This document shows positions 1-11,955 of a stretch of 64,000 nucleotides of DNA, piece by piece; the stretch's first letter is position 1, and each line of letters starts with the position of its first letter. The translations under genes and the position numbers were made by a program. Source of the stretch: Mobula hypostoma (Eukaryota); the NCBI RefSeq assembly GCF_963921235.1, contig NC_086109.1, positions 15,502,001 through 15,566,000 of the forward strand, read 5' to 3'. Under the pieces are notes generated by a model that made no database searches, had not been told where the DNA came from, and worked only from the letters and a program-made list of their open reading frames with translations.

Positions 1-198
1 CTGTAAAGCCATTATTTATTATGAGTGAAAATTATTCTATCACGGTCCATACTTATGATAATATGAATAAAGCATAAAACAATCACATTTTGCTCAAATC
101 ATGCAGTCATATTATGTCAGCAAAAGCACCCATCGCTGCTCCACTTCCCTTTCCTATCAAAATCCACCACCTGCAGTTCTTTATTGCCCCCTGACCTA

Positions 199-1136
199 CC
201 ACCACTGTTGTGGGCCGTATCAAAGGTGGTGATGAATTAGCATACAGGAGGGAGATTGAAAATTTGGCTGAGTGGTGTAATAGCAACAACCTCTCACTCA
301 ATGTCAATAAGACCAAGGAACTGATAGTAGACTTCAGGAGAGGGAAAGCAGAGGTCCATGAGCCAGTACTCTTCGGAGGATCAAAAGTGGAGAGAGTCAG
401 TAACTTTAAATTCCTGGGTGTCACTATCTCAGAACTATTTTATAACTCTCTCAGACCTGTTGTATCATAAATATAATTGCAAAGAAAGCACGACAGTGCC
501 TCTACTTCCTCAGGAGTCTGTGGAGATTCAGCATGTCATCAAAAACCTTGGCAGACTTCTACAGATCTGTGGTGGAAAGTGTGCTGACTGGCTGAATTAT
601 GGCCTGGTGTGGGAACACCAATGGCTTTAAGTGGAAGATCCTACAAAAGGTAGTGGATTCAGCCCAGTACATCACAGGTAAAGCCTCTCTACCATTGAGC
701 ACACCTACATGACATGATGCCTTAGAAAAGCAGCATCCATTATCTAAGATCCTCACCCACCCAGGCCAGGCTCTTTTCTCACTGCTGCCATCAGGTAGAA
801 GGTACAAGTCCCTCAGGACTCACACCAGCAGGTTCAAGAACAGTTACTACCCCTGAACCATCTGGCTCTTGGACAAAAGGGGATAACTACACTCATTCTA
901 CTTATGCTGTTCCCACAACTGGTGGTCTCACTTTAAGGATTCTTTATCTTGTTACTTCATACTCGTTATTTACTGCTATTTATTTATATTTGCATTTCCA
1001 CATTTGTTGTTCATTGATCCTGTTTACAGTTACTATTCTATAGATTTGCTGAGTTTTCCAGCAGGAAAAGGAATCTCAGGGTGGTATGTGGTGACATGTA
1101 TGTACACTGATAATAACTTTTACTGTGAAAATTGAA
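199..1136 (+). mobile_element. Rex1/Babar-type LINE, 5'-truncated, degenerate (RT C-terminus + 3' UTR)
   Basis: Translates TTVVGRIKGGDELAYRREIENLAEWCNSNNLSLNVNKTKELIVDFRR, later LPSGRRYKSLRTHTSRFKNSYYP; AT-rich 3' UTR ending in a tgaaa/ttgaa tail. Confidence 0.85.
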
Positions 1137-1139
1137 GTT

Positions 1140-1380
1140 TTTTCACCTCCCAACCTTTGTCACTATTTGTACCCTTCCTTCGTCTGCCTATCACCTCCTC
1201 ACCTGGATCCACCTATCATTTGCCAGCTCTTTTCGGCCCCTTTCCTTTACCTTGTTATTCTGGCCACTTCCCCTCCATCTTTCAGTCCAGATGAAGAGTC
1301 TCAACCAAGGTATTGATTGATCATTTCTCTCCACAGGTGCTGCCTGATTTGCTGGGTTCCTCCAGCAATTTTGTTTTCTC
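1140..1380 (+). mobile_element. Penelope-like element 3' terminal fragment (degenerate hammerhead motif)
   Basis: Pyrimidine-rich tract, then cagtccagatgaagagtc... and ggtgctgcctgatttgctgggttcctccagca, matching the terminus of the GIY-YIG-bearing copies. Confidence 0.65.
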
Positions 1381-1566
1381 CCATCTTTAAGCTACCTCTG
1401 CGCTCTTAAAACAAGTTGTAAGGGATTAAGCCTTTGTCAAATAACTTCCAGTCCACAAAGGACAAGGTTTTGCATGTCATGGAGTATTTTCTATGCAGTC
1501 AAGGCAACCTTCTCATTACCATGGCTAATGTCGAAGATGGCTTGGATTTGGAAGTTCTTGAGAATC

Positions 1567-1703
1567 GGGTCCTGCTGAAGGGGCTCGGCCCGAAACGTCA
1601 ATTATACTCTTTTCCATAGATGCCCCCTGGCCTGTTGAGTTCCTCCAGCATTTTGCGTCTGCTGCTTGGATTTCCAGCATCTGCAGATTTTCTCTTGTTT
1701 GTG
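1567..1703 (+). mobile_element. Short Penelope-like terminal repeat unit with hammerhead-like core
   Basis: gtcctgctgaaggggctcggcccgaaacgtc followed by the family terminus ...gagttcctccagcattttg...ttccagcatctgcagattttctc. Confidence 0.75.
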
Positions 1704-1885
1704 AATGAGAAACTTTACTGATTCAAGTGTTCCAATAAACAGCAAGATGTGGATTATCTCAGCCTTAAGACGAATGCTAATAGCTTACAATCAGTTAAAG
1801 TGGATGCTATCAGTTCAATCCCAGAATGCAGAACTCAGACCTTTTCTGGGAATATTCAACAATACTCCAGATTTGTGTGTGATTC

Positions 1886-2177
1886 TGTATTTATTTATTT
1901 ATTGAGATACAATGAGGAATGAGTCCTTCTGACCCTTTGAGCAATGACCCAGCAATACCCCAATTTAATCCTAGCCTAATCACAGGATTAATGACCAACT
2001 AACCAACCAACTGGTAGGTGTTTGCACTGTGGGAGGAAACCAGAGTACATGGAGGAAACCCATGCGGTCACGGGGAGATCATACAAACTCCTTACAGGCA
2101 ACGGTGGGAATTGAACCTGGGTCGCCTGCACTATAAAGCATTGTGCTAACCACTATGCTACTGTACCGTGCCGCCCC
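1886..2177 (-). mobile_element. tRNA-derived V-SINE (HE1-like)
   Basis: On the minus strand: tRNA-like head with B-box ggttcaattcc, V-domain ggagtttgtatgatctccccgtgaccgcatgggtttcctcc, (AATA)n tail. Confidence 0.8.
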
Positions 2178-3711
2178 AAATATCAGAATGAACAAAGGTG
2201 CTTACACAATTACAGCAATTCCTTAAGAAGCGGGGTAGATGAGTCCAGGTACAACAGATATCATGTAATCTGTGTAGGCAGAATTTGAGTAGCAACCCTA
2301 CTGGTTTTATACAACTTGATGAAGACTATAGAGCATCAAATCTGAGACTGAGATAGTGGGAAGGCTTTGAGGAGTCAGATGAGACAGTCACCACAGGATA
2401 CCCAACCTTACGTTCCCGTATCTTTTATAACTCTACTAATTAGAAATACCTTTACAGATACTGCCTTCTTTCCAGTCCTTTGAAATGAATGAAGACAAGT
2501 GAATTCTAGGGAAGGATTGTCAACCTACCCTGCCAGATTGCTAGTCAGACATGGATAATGAAAACATATCTCAGTGACTTTCAGTGGTGGGGTATTTCTA
2601 TCACTCACAATTACTTCCAGATTGAATTTTCACATTTGGACATAAAACAGGTTGCTGTGTTATTATTTAGCAGATTATCCTTCCAGTGAAAACATTCCAA
2701 CCATTTTACGGTTCCTACATTTGCTTAAGCTACATTTAAATTTGATATTTTTGCTGCATCAATCAGAATTCTCTAGTATTCTTGGGAGGGATGGAACAAT
2801 ATCATGTACAAAGAAAATTTATTCTTTTATACACATATGTCACCATGATTCTAATGAAGGGCCTTGGCCCAAAACATTGACTCTTTTCCATAGGTTCTGC
2901 CTGGCCTGCTGAGATCCTGCAGCACTTTGTGTGTATCACTATATAGAACCCTGAGATTAATTTCCCTGCAGGCATTCACAGTAGAACAAAGAAATAATAT
3001 AGAATCAATGAAAAACTGCACACAAAGACTGACAAGCAACCGATGTGCAAAAGAGAAAGCAGAGTGAGAAAGCAGTATGGATGACTGAGATGCAGTCTAA
3101 CAAGGTTCCAAATGTTGATCCCATCAATAAGCAACAGCTTGGTTAAGGAAGACTTCTTTATTTGCTGAGAACTGAAGCACTATTTCCTAGGTAGCTGTAT
3201 TTTCAATCTGGAATCACCGATTCTTGGATCAGTTTGGAGTGCAGTCGTTCTCGGATTAGCATTTTGACAGGAGGTTCACACTCACTTCAGAAAATGCCCC
3301 CAGGAACCCAGTTCAAAAAAATAAATAATTTCCTCAACACAATTCATTAAGCTTCTATTAACATAGTGTTGACAGAGTAAGTTTACAGAACCTGACATGG
3401 ATCGCTCATACAAGATTTTGATTCCCTTAATGTGTACTTACAGTTTAGCAACAGTACCTCTCTAGGGAATCAGGTATGCGATGAGTCATTGTTATACAGT
3501 GCAAGGCATCAGCAATTAAAAGTGACCAAGATTATTAAGAACCAGAATAAGTAGACTTCTAATAATTAGCCATTAAAGTATGTTTTTCTCTGTATTCTAT
3601 GCACAGTGTTCAGGAGTATAGTCAATTTGTGTGGGTTGCACAGCTCATTGTTAAAGTAGGAGGGATCTGTCTAACAGTGACTCAGACTGAATGTCTTAAA
3701 TCTGGATTCAT

Positions 3712-4660
3712 TCAACACACACAAAATGCTGGAGGAGACCAGCAGGTCAGGCAGCATCTATGGGAGAGAGTAAACAGTCGAACTTTTGGGCCGAGACCCT
3801 TCAGCAGGACTGGAGAAAGAAGACGAGGAGTAGTTTTAAAAGGTGGGGCAAAGGGAGGGAGAAACACAGGGTGATAGGTGAAACCGGGGGGGGGGTGATG
3901 CGGGACGGTGGGAGGGGTGAAATAAAGAGCTAGGAAGTTGACTGATGAAAGAGATACAGGGCCAGAGAAGGGGGAATCTAACAGGGGAGGACAGAAGGCA
4001 GAAGGCCATGGAAGAAAGAGTAGGAGGGAAGAAGGGAAGGGCACCAGAGGGAGGCGATGGGCAGGCAAGGAGATGGGCAGGCAAGGCGAGAGAGGGAAAA
4101 AGGGATGGGGAATAGTGAAGGAGAGGAGGGGCATGACTGGAAGTTCGAGAAATCGATGCTCATGCCACCAGATTGGAGGCTATCTATAAGATATTGTTCC
4201 TCCAGCCTGAGTGTGGCTTCACTGCAACAGTAGCGGAGGCCATGGATTGACATATCAGAATGGGAATGGGAAGTGGTATTAAAATGGGTGGCCACTGGGA
4301 GATCCCACTTCTTCTGCCAGACAGAGTGTAGGTGCTAGGCGAGACCGTCTCCCAATCTAAGTCGGGTCTCACCCACGTACAGCAGGCCATGCTGGGAGTA
4401 CTGCACACAGTACATGACCCCAACAGACCCACAGGTGAAGTGTTGCCTTGCCTGGAAGGCTGTTTGGGGCCCTGAATGGTAGTGAGGGAGGAGGTGTAGG
4501 GGCAGGTGTAGCACTTGTGCCGCTTACAAGGATAAGTGGCAGGACGGAGATTGGTGGGGAGGGACGAAGGGACAAGAGAATTACGTAGTAAGTGATCCGT
4601 GCAGAAATCAGGAAGTTGGGGGGGAGGGTGAGAAGAAGCGCTTGGCGGTGGGATCCAGTG
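3712..4660 (-). mobile_element. Penelope-like retroelement, 3' part (GIY-YIG endonuclease relic + terminal repeat)
   Basis: ORF 4184-4852 contains TYPCKRHKCYTCPYTSSLTTIQGPKQ (Cys linker preceding GIY-YIG); frameshifted LLYVGETR-RLG-R segment near 4350-4390; hammerhead-like motif at 3775-3812. Confidence 0.85.
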
Positions 4661-4689
4661 GAGGCCCCTCATCTGGATTTGTTCTTTCG

Positions 4690-5012
4690 CTACGGACTGT
4701 GTCATAGGATGTTGCCGATCATGGTCTTTCAATGACTGTTCTTGGCAAGTTTTTCCACAGATGCGGTTTGCCACTGCCTTCTGGGCAGTATCAATGCAAG
4801 ACAGGTGAGCCCAGCCGTTATCAATACTCCTTAGAGAATATTTGCCTGGCATCAGTGGTGCACATAACCGGGACTTGTGATATGCACCAGCTGCTCATAC
4901 GACCACCCACCTCGATCAGGGGGCTAAGCACATGTCACACCTTGCCCAAGGGTGACCTGCAGGCTAGTGGATGGAAGGGGCACCTTATACCTCCTTTGAT
5001 AGAGATGCAGTA
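4690..5012 (-). mobile_element. Non-autonomous SINE-like element with RTE-related 3' segment (copy 1)
   Basis: Reverse complement of 47545-47940; contains gaaggcagtggcaaaccgc...aaacttgccaagaac, resembling the RTE/BovB-derived GGCAATGGCAAACCAC...TTGCCAAGAAAAC motif. Confidence 0.6.
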
Positions 5013-5014
5013 TG

Positions 5015-5400
5015 TTTGAATATTAGTCATAAAGACTGGTTGGACAAACTTGGATTACTTTCTCTGGAGCGTCAGTTGCTGAGGGCAGACCTGATAGAAG
5101 TGTATAAAATTATGGGAGGTACAGATAGAGTAGAGTGTCAGAATCTTTTTCCCTGGGAAAAGAGGTCAAATACTAGGAGACATGCATTTAAGGTAAAAGG
5201 GGGACACTTGAAAGGAGATAAGTGGGGAAAATTTCTTCTTACACAGAGAATGGTAGATACCTCGATTGGTCTGCCAGGGTTAGTGGTGGAAACAGGTACA
5301 ATCGTGATATTTAAGAGTGTTTTTGATAAGTAAATGGATACTGCAGGGAATGGAAGGATATGAATCAATGTGCGATCGGATTATTTCAATATGGCATCAA
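5015..5400 (+). mobile_element. CR1 LINE 3' fragment
   Basis: LDKLGLLSLERQLLRADLIEVYKIMGG...FLLTQRMV, the CR1 ORF2 C-terminus. Confidence 0.85.
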
Positions 5401-5628
5401 TCTGGAGCGATTTGCTGTGGTTGGACCCAGCTCCTAATGCAAGGTTCAGACAAATTAAATGCCAACCCAGATAGGATGGGGATTCCTCTCTCTGCGACTG
5501 CCCCAGCTACTGTGCATCGTGTCTGTGAACTGTGCAGAGACACACCCTGCTAATATGATGAACTGAATACTGAGGGTTTGTGTCTACTCTGGGCTGTTCC
5601 GGGGATTTGGATCTAAGGACTCAGTTTG

Positions 5629-6006
5629 AACATAAGAACGTAAGAAATAGGAGAAGGAGTAGGCCATCTGGCTCATCAAGCCTGCCCCACCATTCGATAA
5701 GATCATGGCTGATCTGTCCGTAAACTCAGTTCCATCTACCTGCCTTTTCCCCATAACCCTTATTTCCCCTACTGTGTAAAAGCTTACCTAACTGTATCTT
5801 AAATACATTTAGTGAAGAAGCCTCAACTGCTTCCCTGGGCAGAGAATTCCACAGATTCACCACTCTGGGAAAAACAGTTTCTCCTCATCTCCATCCTAAA
5901 TCTTCTCCCCGCAATCTTGAGGCAATGTCCCCTAGTTCTAGTCTCACCAACCAATGGAAACAACTTTCTAACGTCTTTCTTATCTATCCCTTTCAAAATT
6001 TTGTAT
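5629..6006 (-). mobile_element. CR1 LINE 3' end inserted in an older non-autonomous element (5400-6215)
   Basis: aacataagaacgtaagaaataggag tail, CR1 3' UTR and FFSQSGESVEFS-type C-terminus on the minus strand; gtttg on both flanks. Confidence 0.75.
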
Positions 6007-6889
6007 GTTTGGTTCGGAATGCTGTTGCTCGCTTCTATTTTTGCATGATTTGTTTTGTTTTGTTTTCTCTTTCTCTATTCCCACTGGGGGTGGTCTTATT
6101 TTCAAATTGGGTTCTTTCCGGTTTCTTGCTCTGTGGCTGCCTGTAAACGGCCAAATCTCAAGGTTGTATAATTTCTACGTTTGTTGATAATAAATGCACT
6201 TTGAATCTTTGAATGTTCTCATGATTGGCACAGGCATCATAGGTCGGAGGACCTGCTTCTGTGCTCTACTTCTTCAATGTAAACAAGATGATATATGAAA
6301 TTTCTTAAGTTATCTCTTTGACTATATGCTTTGACGGCACTTTGGTATGGAGATGTTCTTTTGTGGAAAATTTAGTAATGATACCTTAATCCAACGGTTA
6401 ATAACTAAGCAATCCACACTTGGTCACTTATGTACAGGCCGGACTAGAGGGAGTTAAGGACTGGCAGTATATCTGAGGATTAATGGAAATGGCTTGATGA
6501 GCACTGGGGCATCAAGGAGACTGGCTGTGTATCAGAAGCAGTGGCACATCAGTTACTGAGGGAGGATAAGGAGGGGTGTGTTGTGGTTCAGCGAAGTGAG
6601 GCCCAAGGGTGTAGTGAAGCACTTTAGCTATGTTGCTGGCTTCTCAGTTGCCCTGATTGATGGCCACACCACAGGATGACCTACAAAATGCTGCAAGGCC
6701 AACCGTGATACTTAGCGACTCCCACACCGGAGTCTCATGGTGGGAATTGTCACTTTCCCAAGTGATGCAAAGCAGTTCAAAGCTGGTTCACTGAAAAAAA
6801 AAAGATTTTCATTTGAAGAATGCTGCAAAAATTGCAGCTGTGCAATTGGATTTCTTGACATTACTGAGTTAGTTTTACAAACAGTCATT

Positions 6890-7239
6890 GAGTCACATAG
6901 ACCCTTTAGTCCAAATGGTCCATTCCAATTAAGATCCTCGTCAAGTTAGTCCAATTTGCCCTTGTTTGGCCCATATCCCTCTGAACCATTCCTATCCAAG
7001 CATATGTCCAAATTCCTCTTAAAGTGCTGCTAATGTTCCTGCCTCCATCACTTCCTCCAGCAGCTCATTCCATATACCGACCACCCTCGGGGTGAAAATG
7101 TTGTTACTTAAGTTCCTATTAAATCGCTCCCCTCTCACTTTAAATCTCTCCCCATTAGTTCTCAATTTCCCAAACCTGGGAAAAAAAGACTCTGCATTCA
7201 CTCTACCCATACCCCTCATGATTCTGTGTACACCTTTAT
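6890..7239 (-). mobile_element. CR1 LINE 3' fragment
   Basis: ORF 7019-7243: RIMRGMGRVNAESFFPR...FTPRVVGIWNEL. Confidence 0.8.
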
Positions 7240-7240
7240 A

Positions 7241-8521
7241 CACTCAGTGGCCACTTTATTAGGTACACCTGTACACCCGCTCGTTAATGTAAACATCTAA
7301 TAGCCAATCATGTGGCAGCAACTCAATGCATAGAACCATGCAGACATGGTCAGGAGGCTCAGTTGTTGTTCAGATCAAACATCAGAATGGGGAAAAATGT
7401 GATCTAAGTGACTGTGACCACAGAATGATTGCTGGTGCCAGGTGGGGAGGTTTGAGCATCTCAGAAACTGCAGATTTCCTGGGATTTTCGTGCACAACAG
7501 TGTAAGGGGTTTCTTCTTTTATGTTATTGCTAAGGCTAATAAAATGGCTTCTTTGTTATGTTAAAAATAAAATGGCTTCTCTGTGATGTTACCTGCTGAG
7601 ACAGTGGTTCTCTCTCTAGCAGCTTGTTTGGGTTATAATCACCGATAACAAGAATTGTATTCATTTGCTATCCAATTGGGATAGATGTTATCCTTTCTTG
7701 TGTGTCTGTAAGCTATTGTTTTTGCGGGCTTTGGGCAGAAGGCACAATGGGGACAGAGAGAGGAGACGCAATGCTGTGAGTTGGGCGATGGAACGGATCC
7801 CAAGCGGGAGTCCGAGGCCCGGGGTCTTCGGCAAGGAGAGGAGACAAGGACAGACTCAAGTAGAGCATTTGGTCGATCACTGAGGGTGGTCCCATTCGGA
7901 GTTCGGAGGACATCGACTGGAGGAAGGGGGACCCGGTTCTGCAAGAGCTCCAACAATGTGTGCATGAACTGGTTAATAATAATGGCGCCTTTTTCTTTTT
8001 TTTAAACAATTAATCAATACTTATTTTGTTCCTTTACTATCTACATAGCCAAAGTAAGAGCTATAAAGTGTAATCATTTAATCGCATATGGTGTATTGTC
8101 TGTTATTTGGCGTGGTGGGTACATCACACAGCATCTACACAAACTTGATTAACCAGTTTGGCAGGGCCGAAGACTGTTCCCCCGAGACGAAAGCGAGCTG
8201 AGCGAGCCTGAGGCTTACCAGGGGGCTGCAACGGTTTCTAGAGTTTTAAGAGAATGGCGTGGAAAAAGCAAAATCAAATCCAGCGGGTGGCGGTTCTGTG
8301 GATGAAAATGCTTTGTTAATGTTACTAGACAGAGGGGAATGGCCAGAGTGTTCAAGCTGACAAGAGGGCAGCAGTAACTCAAATAATCACGCATCACAAC
8401 GCTGTTGGACAGAAGAGCATCTCTGAATGCGCAGCTAGTTGAACCTTGAAATGATTGGGCTACAGCAGCAGAAGACCAAACCGGATTCCACTCCTGTACC
8501 TAATAAACCGGCCACTGAGCA
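7241..8521 (+). mobile_element. Non-autonomous Tc1-like DNA transposon (HTH-only derivative), interrupted by a solo LTR
   Basis: TIRs cactcagtggccactttattaggtac / gtacctaataaaccggccactgagc; relic transposase N-terminus (MGKNVI/DLSDCDHRMIAGARWGGLSISETADFLGFS). Confidence 0.85.
7501..8230 (+). mobile_element. Solo LTR (730 bp)
   Basis: Begins TGTAAGGGG, ends GGGGGCTGCA; flanked by ACAG/ACGG (4-bp TSD, one mismatch); the Tc1-like host sequence resumes directly after it. Confidence 0.8.
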
Positions 8522-9449
8522 TAAGATCACCCCTTAATTTCTAACACTCCAGTGAAATATGTCCCAGTGTTCTCAACTCCCCTCCATGACTCAGTCCCTT
8601 GAGTCCTGGTAACATCCTTGTAAATCTCGACAGCGCTCTTGTCCGGGTAGTTTTGAATCAGTTGGTGATGCCTTTTGTACGTTTGTATGGAGCTTGAAGA
8701 GGTAGCTTTAAACAATGCTCTTCTATAATATGGGAAATTGTCTCATAGCTAAGTTGAGTACATTCAACAATGCCAAGCCTCCCTGAGGTACAGCACTCTG
8801 AATTCTAATCTGGTTTCCAAGTACTTTCCTTTTCATCTTTTGCAAGAGGCAGTGAGTGGTTGTGTGCTTTTTTTAAAAACAGGAACAATGAACATAATTT
8901 TAAACAAGAAAACTCATTGCTTTCAGCCATTTGGATTTCTAAATGACCATAAAAGACACTTTTTTAAAACTATTTCCTCCATGTGCTTTGTTTAAAAAAA
9001 AGCTCTTTGTCTTCTCTTTACCCATTTCTCTTTATTTTCTTTCTTTCTCCGTTCTAAATGGTGTAACTTTTTTAAACTCGCAATGACATTTATTTGTTGA
9101 GCCTGAATCAGCTGCGAGAAACTGGTAGATTGTTTAAAATATATGAAAACCACATAAGACTCCCATGGTGTGATTGTTCTTGAATGGATAGTGAGACGGA
9201 CATACGAGGGGGGAGGTTTGGGGTGGCGATTGCAATTAAATAGTGTGGAGAAAGAAGCCTTTTGTAATAAAGTTTTTAATCTTCACTGTGAAATTCTGTT
9301 CAGTCACGCGAAAGAGGGATACTTCCAAGTCAGGCTCTCAGAATTAAATTGTGCATCTGTAGAACTGCCAACTCAAGATTTCCTTGTAATCAACGTTACA
9401 GAGTGAGGGGTGGGGAAGCAATGGTAATAAATATTGAGTATTCACAAGG

Positions 9450-9790
9450 AATGCAGTCCAACTTTTCTGAAGAGGCTCAAAGCTCTTTTCACTTTACATA
9501 CCTTCTGAAATATGGGCATAGTTGTTAATGTGGCCAAATGTGACAGTTAATTTTGTGTCCATCAATATTCCACAAATAGGAACTTGACATCAATAAGTAA
9601 ATGGCTGGTAAAAACAGTGGGAAGTTTTCCTGTTGGTCTCCAAAGAAGGGCGAAGTTTTAAAATTACTTTGAACTGTTTAATGGGGCCCCACTTGACTAT
9701 TTTATCCTACCATATCTCTGTCTCTCACAGTGACATAGTCAATTAGGGGCGAATATTCAACAGCTAGAGCAGAGCTTGAAATCACAAGTT
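9450..9790 (-). mobile_element. Very old Deu-domain-like SINE remnant
   Basis: gttaatgtggccaaatgtgacagttaattttgtgtccatcaatattccacaaatagg loosely matches the reverse complement of the DeuSINE (SacSINE1-like) 3' region, recalled from memory. Confidence 0.4.
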
Positions 9791-10037
9791 CCAATTCAAC
9801 TTTAATTATCATTCAATCATACATGAATAAAGCCAAATGATATAATGTTCTTTCTGCGCCAAGGAGCAAGGCACATTACCAACAGCACACAACGCATATG
9901 GTTATGATTTCAGGAAAACATACATTCACAAGGGAAAAAAAAAATATTATAGTCCAATCCCTGAGTGGCATATCTGGCAAGTTGTCCTGGTCTAGCTTGT
10001 TCTTCCACCAAGCGAACACGAGAGGGCAGCACCAACA

Positions 10038-11364
10038 TAGAATAGTACAGCACAGTACAGGCCCTTCGGCCCACAATGTTGTGCTGACCCTCAAACTCTG
10101 CCTCCCATACAAGTCCCCACCTTAAATTCCTCCATATACCTGTCTAGTAGTCTCTTAAACTTCACTAGTGTATCTGCTCCACCACTGACTCAGGCAGTGC
10201 ATTCCATGCACCAACCACTCTGAGTAAAAAACCTTCCTCTAATATCCCCCTTGAACTTCCCACCCCTTACCTTAAAGCCATGTCCTCTTGTATTGAGCAG
10301 TGGTGCCCTGGGGAAGAGCCGCTGGCTGTCCACTCTATCTATTCCTCTTATTATCTTGTACACCTCTATCATGTCTCCTCTCATCCTCCTTTTCTCCAAA
10401 GAGTAAAGCTCTAGCTCCCTTAATCTCTGATCATAATGCATACTTTCTAAACCAGGCAGCATCCTGGTAAATCTCCTCTGTACCCTTTCCAATGCTTCCA
10501 CATCTTTCCTATAGTGAAGTGACCAGAACTGGACACAGTACTCCAAGTGTGGCCGAACCAGAGTTTTATAGAGCTGCATCTTTACATCGCGACTCTTAAA
10601 CTCTATCCCTCGACTTATGAAAGCTATCACCCCATAAGCTTTCTTAACTACACTATCCACCTGTGAGGCAACTTTCAGGGATCTGTGGACACGTACCCCG
10701 AGATCCCTCTGCTCCTCCACACTACCAAGTATCCTGCCATTTACTTTGTACTCTGCCTTGGAGTTTGTCCTTCCAAAGTGTACCACCTCACACTTCTCCG
10801 GGTTGAACTCCATCTGCCACTTCTCAGCCCACTTCTGCATCCTATCAATGTCTCTCTGCAATCTTTGACAATCCTCTACACTATCTACAACACCACCAAC
10901 CTTTGTGTCATCTGCAAACTTGCCAACCCACCCTTCTACCCCCACATCCAGGTCGTTAATAAAAATCACAAAAAGTAGAGGTCCCAGAACAGATCCTTGT
11001 GGGACACCACTAGTCACAATCCTCCAATCTGAATGTATTCCCTCCACCACCACCCTCTGCCTTCTGCAGGCAAGCCAATTCTGAATCCACCTGGCCAAAC
11101 TTCCCTGGATCCCATGTCCTTTCTAACTTTCTGAATAAGCCTACCGTGTGGAACCTTGTCAAATGCCTTACTAAAATCCATATAGATCACATCCACTGCA
11201 CTACCCTTTTCTATATGCCTGGTCACCTCCTCAAAGAACGCTATCAGGCTTGGTAGACATGATCTGCCCTTCACAAAGTCATGCTGACTGCCCCTGATCA
11301 GACCATGATTCTCCAAATGCCTATAGATCCTATCTCTAAGAATCTTTTCCAACAGCTTTCCCAC
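10038..11364 (-). mobile_element. Relatively young CR1 LINE, 5'-truncated (RT domain to 3' tail), with 8-bp TSD
   Basis: ORFs 11014-11445 and 10190-11098: YMDFSKAFDKVPHGRL, GVPQGSVLGPLLF, KFADDTK, RPHLEYCVQFW; CACCAACA at 10030-10037 and 11365-11372. Confidence 0.95.
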
Positions 11365-11489
11365 CACCAACAGGAGGGAGCAGCCTCCAGCCCAGACGGA
11401 TTCCAGACAGAGGCCTCTCCCTTTCATCACAACTATCTGACTCAAAAGTCAAAGGTAACAGTGCTATTAACCAAAGCCTGGAACAGTAC

Positions 11490-11955
11490 CTAGTGGAAAT
11501 TAACCTTCTTGATCCTGAGAATAAAAGGTTTACACATATGAGGAGCATTTGGGCCTGTACACACTGGAGTATAGAAGAAGAGAGGGAAACTCATGAAAAC
11601 CTATTGAATATTGAAAGGCCTAGATAGTGTGGATGTGGAAAGGATATTTCCTGTAGTGGTGGAATCTCAAACAAGAGGGCACAGCCTCAGAATAGAAGGA
11701 CATCCCCTTAGATCAGAAAAATCTCTTTAGTCAGAGTGTGGTGAATCTATGGAATTCATTGCCACAGATAGCTTTGGGGGCCAAGTCATTTGGTATTTTT
11801 AAATCGGAGGTTGATAGGTTCTTGATTAGCAAGGGTATCAAAGATTACGAGCAGAAGGCAGGAGAATGGGATTGCGAGGAATAATAAAGTAGCCGTGATA
11901 GAATGATGGAGATTCGATGGGCCGAATAGCCTAGTTCTACTTCTATGCCTTACAG
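11490..11955 (+). mobile_element. CR1 LINE 3' fragment
   Basis: GLYTLEYRR...RGHSLRIEG...QSVVNLWNSLP plus CR1 3' UTR gatgggccgaatagcct. Confidence 0.8.

Noticed and set aside
3712..4189. Pro/Ser/Leu- and Gly/Arg/Glu-rich ORFs (also 16017-16367, 22099-22434, 46603-46962, 52910-53428, 62231-62608)
   Set aside because: They arise from the stop-poor polypurine/polypyrimidine 3' tract of the Penelope-like family, not from genes
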